IMG/VR virus record: IMGVR_UViG_2563366821_000007
Direction: 5' to 3' (one strand)
From: a virus
Lineage: Duplodnaviria; Heunggongvirae; Uroviricota; Caudoviricetes
Length of the DNA stretch: 33,615 nt
In this document: piece after piece, positions 8,531-16,593 of the stretch
Layout: each line of letters begins with the position of its first letter
Position numbering within the stretch: position 1 is the stretch's first letter
Notes under the pieces: model-generated
The model's database searches: none
What the model was told of the DNA's origin: nothing
Seen by the model: the letters and a program-made list of their open reading frames with translations, nothing else
Program-made: the position numbers and the translations under genes

Positions 8531-9050
8531 AAAAAGAGCGGTACCAGCCGGAAGCAAGTGTACAAACTGGTACCGCCAAAGCAGTGGCTGTTGTGGTGGG
8601 GTTGTCACTCAGGCGTATGGTCAACCTGACAACCCGGTGTCCTCAACGGGGAAAGAGTAACCCCGCCATACTTACCGCCGCGCCATTTCGCGGATTACCA
8701 CAACGCTGAGAGCACTTAGCCAGTTACGGCACCACACTTTGTCGCGGTTCCATAAATGCCCTCATCGTTGCACCCTGGTCTCTTCCCAGGCGTCAAACCG
8801 AATCGCCACGCTGGTTAGGCGTCTTATCAGCATCCTCATTGACTTGCACATTCCGGCTATCTGGTTTGTTTGCCCGAGCAAGGAGTGGATTGTCCCCTTT
8901 AACGTCCCCAGACCGCTAACGACGCATGTGCCATACGCCGTGTTACAACCAAATTTTGTTAGTACCTTGTTTGTAGGTCTGGAGAGAAAGATAAAATGAA
9001 GTTGCGCATTATGCAAGTGTTTTATTGCGAGATAAGCAATTTGGTGGGTA

Positions 9051-9073
9051 ATGAAAAGCCACCTTCTGGTGGC
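9051..9073 (-). terminator. Rho-independent terminator downstream of the cI-like gene
   Basis: GCCACC-TTCT-GGTGGC hairpin (9058-9073); on the minus strand it is followed by a U-rich tract (UUUUCAUU); sits 23 bp after the cI stop. Confidence 0.5.
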
Positions 9074-9095
9074 TAATTGATGTTGAGGTAGGGGG

Positions 9096-9788
9096 TTAAT
9101 TGTGTCGCTTAAGGGTCTGTGACTGACTGATTAAGACCTTTCCAAAGACCATAAACCGGTGTTCGTTTTCGCTGGTAATTCCCCATTCGCGGTAAATCTG
9201 ATTATCAGAAATTACCAGCAGTTTATCAGGTATCATTTGCAGTCGTTTGACGTAAATTTTATCATCAAAACCAAATACATATATACCATCCCCATCAAAC
9301 TGATTGATACTGATATCAACGAAGATGAGATCTCCTGGCTCAATGGTTGGACACATACTGTCCCCACGAACGTTGATAACTTTAATGTGATTTGCTGGTC
9401 GTCCACCAAACATCGATACAGCATTATCAGTTCTGTATTCAATGGCATGAATCACATCAATGACATCACCGCCCTGGATAAGGCCATTTCCCGCACTGGC
9501 ACTGACATCCAGCATTTCAATACGGAATACATCCTTCACCTGCGTAACATCCTCACTAATACTGTTTTTACATACAGTATTACTTTTGAGGTCTGAGGTA
9601 AAGAGATCAGCAATATCAACACCTAAGCTCCTGGCAATATTACTCAGGGCTTGTTCAGTGAATTGTTTCTGCTTACCTGTTTCGAGGCGCGAGATATTCG
9701 CCGCATCCACTCCTATTGCTTCAGCGAGATCGGCGATTTTCATGTTCTTCGCCTGGCGAAGTTGTCTGACTCGATTTCCTATGTTCAT
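9096..9788 (-). CDS. cI: CI-type prophage repressor (HTH_XRE N-terminus, S24 LexA-like peptidase C-terminus)
   Basis: 230 aa; N-terminal helix-turn-helix (IADLAEAIGVDAANISRLETGK); C-terminal S24 signature with catalytic Ser in GDSMCPT and Lys in YVKRL; divergent from a cro-like gene. Confidence 0.85.
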   Translation of the reverse strand: MNIGNRVRQLRQAKNMKIADLAEAIGVDAANISRLETGKQKQFTEQALSNIARSLGVDIADLFTSDLKSNTVCKNSISEDVTQVKDVFRIEMLDVSASAGNGLIQGGDVIDVIHAIEYRTDNAVSMFGGRPANHIKVINVRGDSMCPTIEPGDLIFVDISINQFDGDGIYVFGFDDKIYVKRLQMIPDKLLVISDNQIYREWGITSENEHRFMVFGKVLISQSQTLKRHN

Positions 9789-9808
9789 GCGTTTATTACA
9801 TTTCTTTA

Positions 9809-9871
9809 TTGCGCGTTAAGCAAATCAACTTGCGCAAAATATTTGCGTGAAATAATATGCTCATCACGCAA
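9809..9871. promoter_or_regulatory. Divergent immunity promoter/operator region (OR-like)
   Basis: Between cI and cro starts: repeated TTGCGY half-sites (TTGCGCGTTAAGCAA at 9809-9823, TTGCGCAAAATATTTGCGTGA at 9830-9850) and palindromic TTGCGTGA...TCACGCAA (to 9871); AT-rich spacers fit -10 elements. Confidence 0.5.
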
Positions 9872-9885
9872 TATGTGGAGGTTAT

Positions 9886-10146
9886 ATGCAATCACCATTA
9901 CGGAATGTGCGTAAGGCGCACGGATTTACTTTGCAGCATGTTGCTGCGGGCGTTCAGGTCAATCCAGCGACGCTGAGTCGTATTGAAAGACTGGAACAAA
10001 TTCCATCTATCGATCTTGCAGAACGTCTGGCCAATTTTTTTAAGGGTGAAATCAGCGAAATGCAGATTCTTTATCCGGCACGTTTTCAATCTAGCCAAAA
10101 CCAGAATGGGTTTAAACCACAGGAACAGGAGGTAAGCCGTGGGTAA
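9886..10146 (+). CDS. cro: Cro-like HTH_XRE regulator
   Basis: 86 aa; ATG 9886 with GGAGG upstream; HTH (FTLQHVAAGVQVNPATLSRIERLEQ); first gene rightward of the operator. Confidence 0.65.
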   Translation: MQSPLRNVRKAHGFTLQHVAAGVQVNPATLSRIERLEQIPSIDLAERLANFFKGEISEMQILYPARFQSSQNQNGFKPQEQEVSRG

Positions 10147-10696
10147 GCATCATTGGAAAGTGGAAAAACAACCTGAGTGGTACGTGAAAGCTGTCAGAAA
10201 AACTATCGCGGCATTGCCTGGGGGTTACGCTGAAGCTGCTGACTGGCTGGATGTAACAGAGAACGCTTTATTCAACCGCCTTCGTGCAGATGGCGATCAG
10301 ATTTTCCCGCTGGGATGGGCAATGGTTTTACAGCGCGCGGCTGGCACTCACTACATTGCGGATGCTGTCGCACAATCTGCTGGTGGGGTGTTCGTATCGC
10401 TTCCTGAAATTGAGGAAGTAGAGAACGCCGATATAAACCAGCGCCTGCTGGAAGTCATCGAACAGATCGGGAATTACTCAAGGCAGATTCGTTCGGCAAT
10501 CGAAGATGGGGTCGTGGAGCCACACGAGCAGACAGCAATTAATGATGAGTTGTATCTGTCAATTTCGAAGCTCCAGGAGCATGCAGCACTGGTCTACAAA
10601 ATCTTTTGCGCTCCAGAAAAGAGTGACGCCCGCGAGTGTGCAGCTCCGGGCGTCGTGGCGTCGATTGCTTCTGGTTGTGGAGAAACTAACGCATGA
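10139..10696 (+). CDS. Putative CII-family phage regulatory protein
   Basis: 185 aa; GTG start after AGGAGG, overlapping cro end; position (third gene of the right operon) and the ALFNRLRADGDQIFPLGWAMVLQRAAGTHY segment recall phage regulatory CII-family proteins; identity not verified. Confidence 0.4.
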   Translation: MGKHHWKVEKQPEWYVKAVRKTIAALPGGYAEAADWLDVTENALFNRLRADGDQIFPLGWAMVLQRAAGTHYIADAVAQSAGGVFVSLPEIEEVENADINQRLLEVIEQIGNYSRQIRSAIEDGVVEPHEQTAINDELYLSISKLQEHAALVYKIFCAPEKSDARECAAPGVVASIASGCGETNA

Positions 10697-11841
10697 ACAG
10701 TTTAACGGCAAATAACCGTTTGTCGCAACAGCTGGTGGTCAGCGTCGCTGAACACCTGTTGTTACGGCATGAATGCAGATTACCAAATCACCTGGCTGTA
10801 AGTAACCACAGAGAACTTTACCTGACTGTGGGGGGCGAGTTGTGCAGGAACTTAACCGCTGGTTTCGTGACGGAAGAGGACTTTATGTTCATGTTATTCG
10901 TTGGGAGCCAGAAACACAGCGCGTTATCTATCTTCGCAAAGACTACCAGCATGAGTGCTTTAGTCCTTTGTGGAAATTCAGGCGTGATTTTGTTGAGTGT
11001 GAAGGACCACCAGCACATTGATTCTGCCATTCCGGGACGTTACACTGTTCAGGCACCTTATAAAGCGGGTGTCGGGATTGGCGTCCTGGAATTGCATACG
11101 GCGACAATTGGCGCGTTAGCGTCTTTTTTGTTGCTACAACTCAGCTATACCCAAATTATGGTGGGCTGGGTGGGGGCACCGAAAGGTGCGCCGGTTTCCG
11201 TATGCGCCGGTTACGCCAACCCTGCTCAGTTCACCACCAGCGAAATTGGCGTTTCCGGTGGTGGAAGTTATCCATTGCATACGGAGGCTGCCATCATGGC
11301 TACGATCCCAACCCTCACTCAACCTGAAATTGCCATCGTTGATGGTCAGGCTGTTACTTCATCCCTGGCTGTTGCCAACTTCTTCTCCAAACGTCATGAC
11401 GATGTACTGAAAAAGATCCGCACGCTTGAATGTTCCGCATCATTCACTGCCCGCAATTTTTCGGTGAGTGATTACACCGATTGCACAGGCCGCAAACTAC
11501 CTTGCTATCAAATAACCCGCGACGGCTTTGCGTTTCTTGCTATGGGTTTCACGGGTAAACGTGCTGCCCAGTTCAAAGAGGCATACATCAATGCCTTTAA
11601 CCAGATGGAGAAACAGCTTTCAAAGCCCGCTGTACCGAGCGACGTTGCACATAACGCCAGCGTTCTCTATTCCTACATTTCATCAATTCATCAGGTCTGG
11701 CTGCAGCAGCTTTATCCTATGTTGGCAAAAGCCGAATCTCCGCTGGCTGTTAGCTTGTATGACTATATTAATGATGCTTCGGCGCTGGCCTGCCTCATAA
11801 ATTTGTCGCTGAATCCTTCAGAGGTAAGGGGGCGTAAATGA
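10693..11841 (+). CDS. Rha-family phage regulatory protein (N-terminal extent uncertain)
   Basis: Rha-like signature GQAVTSSLAVANFFSKRHDDVLKKIRTL begins after ATG 11296 (GGAGG 8 nt upstream). The track frame is open from ATG 10693 (ATGA-coupled to the CII-like stop), but the upstream 600 nt contains an overlapping 59-codon alternative frame (10842..11021) and a terminator-like hairpin (11110-11129). Confidence 0.55.
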   Translation: MNSLTANNRLSQQLVVSVAEHLLLRHECRLPNHLAVSNHRELYLTVGGELCRNLTAGFVTEEDFMFMLFVGSQKHSALSIFAKTTSMSALVLCGNSGVILLSVKDHQHIDSAIPGRYTVQAPYKAGVGIGVLELHTATIGALASFLLLQLSYTQIMVGWVGAPKGAPVSVCAGYANPAQFTTSEIGVSGGGSYPLHTEAAIMATIPTLTQPEIAIVDGQAVTSSLAVANFFSKRHDDVLKKIRTLECSASFTARNFSVSDYTDCTGRKLPCYQITRDGFAFLAMGFTGKRAAQFKEAYINAFNQMEKQLSKPAVPSDVAHNASVLYSYISSIHQVWLQQLYPMLAKAESPLAVSLYDYINDASALACLINLSLNPSEVRGRK

Positions 11842-12719
11842 TCCGGAATATTTTCAAACTGTTTACCAATCGCCACCAGCATATTGATTCTGCAATTCCG
11901 GGACGTTACACTGTTCAGGCACCTTATAAAGCGGGTGCCGGGATTGGCGTCCTGAAATTGTCAACGGCGATGTATGACGCGCCAGCGTCTTTTTTATCGT
12001 CCGCATTTGCTCACATCCAGATTATGGTGGGCTGGGCGGGGGCACCGAAAGGTGCGCCGGTCTCCGTTGACGCCGGTTACGCCAACCCCGTCCAGTTCAC
12101 CACCAGTGAAATTGGCGTTTCCGGTGGTGGAAGTTTTTCACTGTCAACGGAGGCTGCCATCATGGCTACGATCCCAGCCCTCACTCAACCTGAAATCACC
12201 ATTGACAACGGCCAGGCCGTTACCACTTCTTTGGCTGTTGCCAACTTCTTCTCCAAGCGTCACGACGATGTGCTGAAAAAGATCCGCACTCTGGATTGTT
12301 CCCCTGAGTTTTGTGCCCGCAATTTTGCGGAGACATCGATTTCGGTAAATCAACCGAACGGTGGTACACGCAAGCTCCTTTGCTATCAAATCACACGAGA
12401 CGGTTTTGCGTTTCTTGCTATGGGTTTCACGGGTAAACGTGCTGCCCGGTTCAAAGAGGCATACATCAATGCCTTTAACCAGATGGAAAAACTGCTTTCA
12501 AAGCCATCCACGCTGAGCGATGCCGCAGATAACGCCAGCGTGCTTTACTCCCACCTGTCGGTAATCCACAAGGTCTGGCTGCAGCAGCTTTATCCCATGT
12601 TGGCAAAAGCCGAATCCCCGCTGGCTGTAAGTCTGTATGACCGCATCAACGACGCGGCGCTACTGGCCAGTCTCATAAATTTGTCGCTGAACCCTTCAGA
12701 GGTAAGGGGGCGTAAATGA
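11838..12719 (+). CDS. Rha-family phage regulatory protein (tandem paralog)
   Basis: 293 aa; ATG overlaps the upstream stop (ATGA); C-terminal 185 aa paralogous to 11296..11841 (Rha-like motif GQAVTTSLAVANFFSKRHDDVLKKIRTL); 5' 320 nt conserved with the upstream copy; alternative start ATG 12162. Confidence 0.6.
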   Translation: MIRNIFKLFTNRHQHIDSAIPGRYTVQAPYKAGAGIGVLKLSTAMYDAPASFLSSAFAHIQIMVGWAGAPKGAPVSVDAGYANPVQFTTSEIGVSGGGSFSLSTEAAIMATIPALTQPEITIDNGQAVTTSLAVANFFSKRHDDVLKKIRTLDCSPEFCARNFAETSISVNQPNGGTRKLLCYQITRDGFAFLAMGFTGKRAARFKEAYINAFNQMEKLLSKPSTLSDAADNASVLYSHLSVIHKVWLQQLYPMLAKAESPLAVSLYDRINDAALLASLINLSLNPSEVRGRK

Positions 12720-12940
12720 TCCGGAATATTTTCAAACGGTTTACCAATCATACTTTCCGTTGTCCTCGTCCGGGTCAGTGGTACACCACGCCTGCAGGGC
12801 ATGTTCTACGTGTTAGCCTGGTTGACCGTGAATGTCAGAAGGTGATTTGTGAACCGCTGGGCCGTAATTACCGCGTCAGTATGCCGCTTATAGCCTTTCG
12901 CTCCGGAAAAAACATGAAGCATCTCGGAGGTGCTGCATGA
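12716..12940 (+). CDS. Hypothetical small protein (74 aa)
   Basis: Shares its first 11 codons (MIRNIFKRFTN) and upstream junction with 11838..12719, then diverges; ATGA-coupled at both ends. Confidence 0.45.
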   Translation: MIRNIFKRFTNHTFRCPRPGQWYTTPAGHVLRVSLVDRECQKVICEPLGRNYRVSMPLIAFRSGKNMKHLGGAA

Positions 12941-13755
12941 GTATGGAGTTGATGGTTAAAGCGATGAAAATTCGAGTGGGAAATCCATTGCGAAAACTGG
13001 TTCTGATTAAGCTGGCTGATAATGCCAGCGATCAGGGTGAGTGCTGGCCCAGCTACCAGCATATTGCTGACCAGTGCGAGATTAGCAAACGTTCTGTGAT
13101 GAATCATATTGCGGCCCTTTGTGAGTCCGGGCTGGTAAAAAAAGTCACCCGGAAAGGTGAAAAAGGTAACTCAAGTAATATCTATCTCCTTCATCTTGAT
13201 GGTGCAGGAGATTCACTAGGGGGTAGTGCAAATAATTCACTATCTGGTGCAGCAAATTCACCAGGTAGTGCAGGAGTTGCACCAGGGGGTAGTGCAGGAG
13301 ATTCACCCAGAACCAGTCACTCTTTTGAACCAGTCAAAGAACCAGTCAATGAACCAATAGCTGTTGGTGCATCTGCTGATGAGTCTGTGCGAGTTCGTTC
13401 AAACCGACCGGAATACTCTCCGGAGTTTGAGCAGGCATGGCTGGCCTATCCAAAACGTGCTGGTGGCAATTCAAAATCTGCAGCCTTCAAAGCCTGGAAA
13501 GCCCGTTTGAATGAGGGGGTAAACCCCGAAACCATGCTGGAAGGTGTGAAACGCTACGCGGGCTGGGTATCTGCGATGGGTAACAGCGGCACACAATTTG
13601 TGAAACAGGCTGTCACGTTCTTTGGCCCGGATCGTCATTTCGAAGAATCCTGGGAAGTTCCTGCGGTATCTGCAGTCAGACGCGAGGACCCGTACTTCAA
13701 AGCCAGTTACGACAACGTGGACTACAGCCAGATCCCGGAAGGATTCAGGGGGTGA
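12937..13755 (+). CDS. Replication initiation protein (lambda O-like, N-terminal HTH)
   Basis: 272 aa; N-terminal LVLIKLADNASDQGECWPSYQHIADQCEISKRSVMNHIAAL resembles phage replication-initiator HTH domains; a Gly/Ser/Ala-rich linker coincides with iteron-like DNA repeats, as in lambda O. Confidence 0.6.
   Translation: MSMELMVKAMKIRVGNPLRKLVLIKLADNASDQGECWPSYQHIADQCEISKRSVMNHIAALCESGLVKKVTRKGEKGNSSNIYLLHLDGAGDSLGGSANNSLSGAANSPGSAGVAPGGSAGDSPRTSHSFEPVKEPVNEPIAVGASADESVRVRSNRPEYSPEFEQAWLAYPKRAGGNSKSAAFKAWKARLNEGVNPETMLEGVKRYAGWVSAMGNSGTQFVKQAVTFFGPDRHFEESWEVPAVSAVRREDPYFKASYDNVDYSQIPEGFRG
13198..13360. repeat. Iteron-like direct repeats (candidate replication origin) inside the O-like gene
   Basis: Five imperfect ~19-bp repeats of consensus GGT(AGT)GCAGGAGATTCAC at 13201, 13221, 13246, 13264 and 13288, followed by GAACCAGTCAA x2 (13327-13350). 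Confidence 0.5.
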
Positions 13756-13757
13756 TC

Positions 13758-14246
13758 ATGAGTCTTTTGAATGAAGTTCAGAAATTCATTGAAGCCCATC
13801 CGGGCTGTACTTCCGGAGACATTGCGGATGCTTTTGCTGGTTACTCACGGCAGCGCGTTCTGCAGTCAGCAAGCAAGTTACGTCAGAGTGGGCGTGTGGC
13901 TCACCGTTGTGAAGGAGATACACGCAGACATTTCCCACGCCTGACTGAGAGAGCGCAGGATCCGGAACCACAACCAGTTCGTGAAACCAGACCTGTGCGC
14001 AATTTCTATGTCGGCACTAACGATCCCCGTGTGATTTTGTGCCTGACCCGCCAGGCTGAAGAACTGGAGTCCAGGGGCTTATACCGTCGTGCTGCAACGG
14101 TGTGGATGGCGGCATTCCGTGAAAGCCACTCCCAGCCAGAACGAAACAATTTTCTGGCACGTCGTGAGCGGTGCTTACGGAAAAGCAGCAAGCGCGCTGC
14201 ATCGGGTGAAGAGTGGTATCTGTCAGGGAATTTCGTGGGGGCTTAA
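13758..14246 (+). CDS. PerC/Pch-like transcriptional regulator (putative)
   Basis: Start placed at ATG 13758 (MSLLNEV...) 6 nt after GGGGG; C-terminal GLYRRAATVWMAAFRESH...RRERC resembles the PerC-family core motif (GLWRRAA.RW...RRR.C); N-terminal 80 aa unassigned. Confidence 0.4.
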   Translation: MSLLNEVQKFIEAHPGCTSGDIADAFAGYSRQRVLQSASKLRQSGRVAHRCEGDTRRHFPRLTERAQDPEPQPVRETRPVRNFYVGTNDPRVILCLTRQAEELESRGLYRRAATVWMAAFRESHSQPERNNFLARRERCLRKSSKRAASGEEWYLSGNFVGA

Positions 14247-14899
14247 TGAGTAATAAATATTGCCAGGCGCTGGTGGAACTGCGGAACAAACCAGCCCATG
14301 AACTGAAGGAAGTGGGCGATCAGTGGCGCACGCCGGACAACATTTTCTGGGGAATTAACACCCTGTTTGGCCCGTTTGTTCTGGATCTGTTCACTGACGG
14401 TGATAACGCCAAATGTGCTGCGTATTACACGGCGGAAGACAACGCGCTGGCGCATGACTGGTCTGAACGTCTTGCGGAGCTTAAAGGTGCTGCCTTTGGT
14501 AATCCCCCGTACAGCCGCGCCAGTCAGCATGAGGGGCAATACATCACCGGCATGCGTTACATCATGAAACATGCCAGTGCCATGCGTGATAAAGGCGGGC
14601 GCTATGTTTTCCTGATCAAAGCTGCCACCAGCGAAGTGTGGTGGCCGGAAGATGCAGATCATATTGCTTTTATTCGCGGGCGTATTGGTTTTGAACTGCC
14701 TGCCTGGTTTATCCCGAAAGACGAAAAGCAGGTGCCAACAGGTGCTTTCTTCGCTGGTGCTATTGCTGTTTTCGACAAGACCTGGAAGGGACCGGCAATC
14801 AGCTACATAGGGCGCGATGAACTTGAGGCATGTGGTGAGGCGTTTCTGGCGCAGGTTCGCCAGCAGGCGGAAAAACTGGTCAGGGAGATGGCGGCATGA
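14246..14899 (+). CDS. Phage DNA N6-adenine methyltransferase (Dam-like)
   Basis: Start at ATG 14246 (MSNKYCQALVELRN...); contains the NPPY catalytic motif (FGNPPYS); size and nin-region position typical of phage Dam family. Confidence 0.75.
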   Translation: MSNKYCQALVELRNKPAHELKEVGDQWRTPDNIFWGINTLFGPFVLDLFTDGDNAKCAAYYTAEDNALAHDWSERLAELKGAAFGNPPYSRASQHEGQYITGMRYIMKHASAMRDKGGRYVFLIKAATSEVWWPEDADHIAFIRGRIGFELPAWFIPKDEKQVPTGAFFAGAIAVFDKTWKGPAISYIGRDELEACGEAFLAQVRQQAEKLVREMAA

Positions 14900-15222
14900 C
14901 GACGTTAACTCAATGCCAGCAGCAGGTGCTGGATATGCTGATTTCTTATCAGAAAGAACGTGGCTTCCCGCCAACCAATCAGGAGGTGGCAACCATGCTG
15001 GGATACCGTTCGGTGAATGCAGCGGTGGAGCATCTTCGCGCACTGGAGAAAAAAGGCGTCATCACGATAAAGCGTGGCGTGGCCCGGGGGATAACGCTTC
15101 ATACTGCGATGAAGGACGACGACAGCGAGGCGGTCGGGATTATCCGCGCACTGCTTGCCGGTGAGGAAAACGCAAGGCTGCGTGCAACCCACTGGTTACA
15201 TGAGAGGGGCCTGAAAGTATGA
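14896..15222 (+). CDS. LexA N-terminal DNA-binding-domain homolog lacking the S24 peptidase domain
   Basis: 108 aa; LTQCQQQVLDMLISYQKERGFPPTNQEVATMLGYRSVNAAVEHLRALEKKGVITIKRGVARGITL aligns by eye with E. coli LexA residues ~5-70 ([65 protein letters not shown]); the protein ends about 40 aa later with no Ser/Lys protease module. Confidence 0.7.
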   Translation: MTTLTQCQQQVLDMLISYQKERGFPPTNQEVATMLGYRSVNAAVEHLRALEKKGVITIKRGVARGITLHTAMKDDDSEAVGIIRALLAGEENARLRATHWLHERGLKV

Positions 15223-15614
15223 AGCTAATACTGCCTTTTCCGCCCAGCGTGAACACGTACTGGCGACACCCCAACAAAGGGGCGTTTGCTGGTAAGAGCC
15301 TGATAAGCGCGGCGGGGCGAAAATTCCAGAGCGCGGCGTGTGCAGCAATAGTTGAGCAGTTACGTCGTCTGCCGAAACCAACGTCGGCACCTGCTTCAGT
15401 GGAGATCGTGTTGTTTCCTCCGGATAACCGGATCCGCGATCTGGACAACTATAACAAGGCGCTGTTTGACGCCCTGACCCACGCGGGTGTGTGGGAAGAC
15501 GACAGTCAGGTGAAAAGAATGCTGGTGGAGTGGGGACCGGTTATCCCGGAGGGGAAGGTCGAGATCACTATCAGTAAGTACGAAAAAGCGAGTTGCAAAT
15601 TAGCAACTCGGTAA
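15219..15614 (+). CDS. rusA: RusA-family Holliday junction resolvase
   Basis: 131 aa; LPFPPSVNTYW and IRDLDNYNKALFDALTHAGVWEDDSQV match the RusA signature (catalytic Asp cluster DLDN). Confidence 0.8.
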   Translation: MKLILPFPPSVNTYWRHPNKGAFAGKSLISAAGRKFQSAACAAIVEQLRRLPKPTSAPASVEIVLFPPDNRIRDLDNYNKALFDALTHAGVWEDDSQVKRMLVEWGPVIPEGKVEITISKYEKASCKLATR

Positions 15615-15659
15615 CGGAATTGAGCAACACCCTAAATTTGGGTATTACCTCGTTAAAGA

Positions 15660-15679
15660 TACTGTATTTATGAACAGTG
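15660..15679. promoter_or_regulatory. LexA-type SOS box
   Basis: TACTGTATTTATGAACAGTG fits CTGT-N8-ACAG with an AT-rich spacer; lies about 100 bp upstream of the KilA-N gene and 45 bp after RusA. Confidence 0.6.
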
Positions 15680-15776
15680 TATCCTTGATAACTATTAAAA
15701 ATCGCAGTAAGTTCATCCTGCATCAACGAAAAGGGAGTGCAGTCCCGCTCGTGGATAAAAATTTGTGGAGAAACCA

Positions 15777-16592
15777 ATGAATCAGTTGCTTGTAATTGAT
15801 GGCGTTTCTGTGCGCCAGTACTTCGAATCTAACTACTGTCTTAACGACCTTCAGAAAGCAGCTCTTCTTGCCGCTGGTGAGAATCGCTCCTCCCGTTCGC
15901 TGGAAGTTCACGAGTTTATGCGTCGTCCTGAAACGAAGGCTCTTGTGGAATTATTGGAAGAAGAAACTACGGGAGATTCCCGTAGTATTCCTGTCATCAC
16001 CATTCAGGGGCGCAATGGTGGGACGTATGTCTGTAAAGAGCTGGTCTATGCATATGCAATGTGGATCAGCCCGGCATTCAGCTTAAAAGTGATACGTACT
16101 TTTGATGCGCTTCATAATTCATCACCAGAAGAAACCACATCCGACAAAATTAAATCCGGGGTCATTCTGCTTGAATCAGCAGCAAAGACTCTAAATCTGT
16201 CAAACTCCTCGAAACTTGGTGCATACCAGAAATTATCAAAGGTAGCTGGTCTTCCTGAACTTATGCCGATCTATGCCATTGATGCACCTGCTGATGCGCC
16301 AGATGGTTCAAGCCGCCCTACGCTGTCGCTGAGTGCACTGCTGAAGCAGTATGGTATCCGCCTGACGGCTAATCAGGCATATCACCAGATGGCGAAGCTG
16401 GGGATCGTTGAACAACGCGAACGATACAGCCGTACCGCGATTAACAACATCAAAAAATTCTGGTCGCTGACCGCGAAAGGCTGCATGTTCGGCAAGAACA
16501 TCACCAGTCCTGCAAATCCGCGCGAGACGCAGCCGCATTTCTTCGAATCCCGATTTCCTGAGCTGTTAAAGCTGCTCGATACCGTTCATTGA
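15777..16592 (+). CDS. KilA-N domain protein (antirepressor-like)
   Basis: Start at ATG 15777 with GGAG 6 nt upstream; N-terminal KilA-N pattern (GTYVCKELVYAYAMWISPAFSLKVIRTFD); preceded by the SOS box. Confidence 0.7.
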   Translation: MNQLLVIDGVSVRQYFESNYCLNDLQKAALLAAGENRSSRSLEVHEFMRRPETKALVELLEEETTGDSRSIPVITIQGRNGGTYVCKELVYAYAMWISPAFSLKVIRTFDALHNSSPEETTSDKIKSGVILLESAAKTLNLSNSSKLGAYQKLSKVAGLPELMPIYAIDAPADAPDGSSRPTLSLSALLKQYGIRLTANQAYHQMAKLGIVEQRERYSRTAINNIKKFWSLTAKGCMFGKNITSPANPRETQPHFFESRFPELLKLLDTVH

Positions 16593-16593
16593 G

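Noticed and set aside
8739-9016. ORFs 8739..8999 (+) and 8762..9016 (-) in the non-coding stretch downstream of cI; candidate N-like antiterminator
   Set aside because: Neither has a Shine-Dalgarno or an Arg-rich N-like motif; they overlap each other and the region is dominated by inverted repeats, so I treat it as non-coding.
10693-12940. Type III toxin-antitoxin-like arrangement (repeated RNA plus terminator plus downstream gene)
   Set aside because: The repeats are two long (~0.87 kb) divergent gene-scale copies rather than short tandem RNA repeats, and the downstream genes look like Rha-family regulators, not toxins.
14243-15043. Minus-strand 266-aa ORF antisense to the Dam methylase and LexA-like genes
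   Set aside because: Antisense to two genes with clear motif support; translation is Pro/Arg-rich with no recognisable domain.
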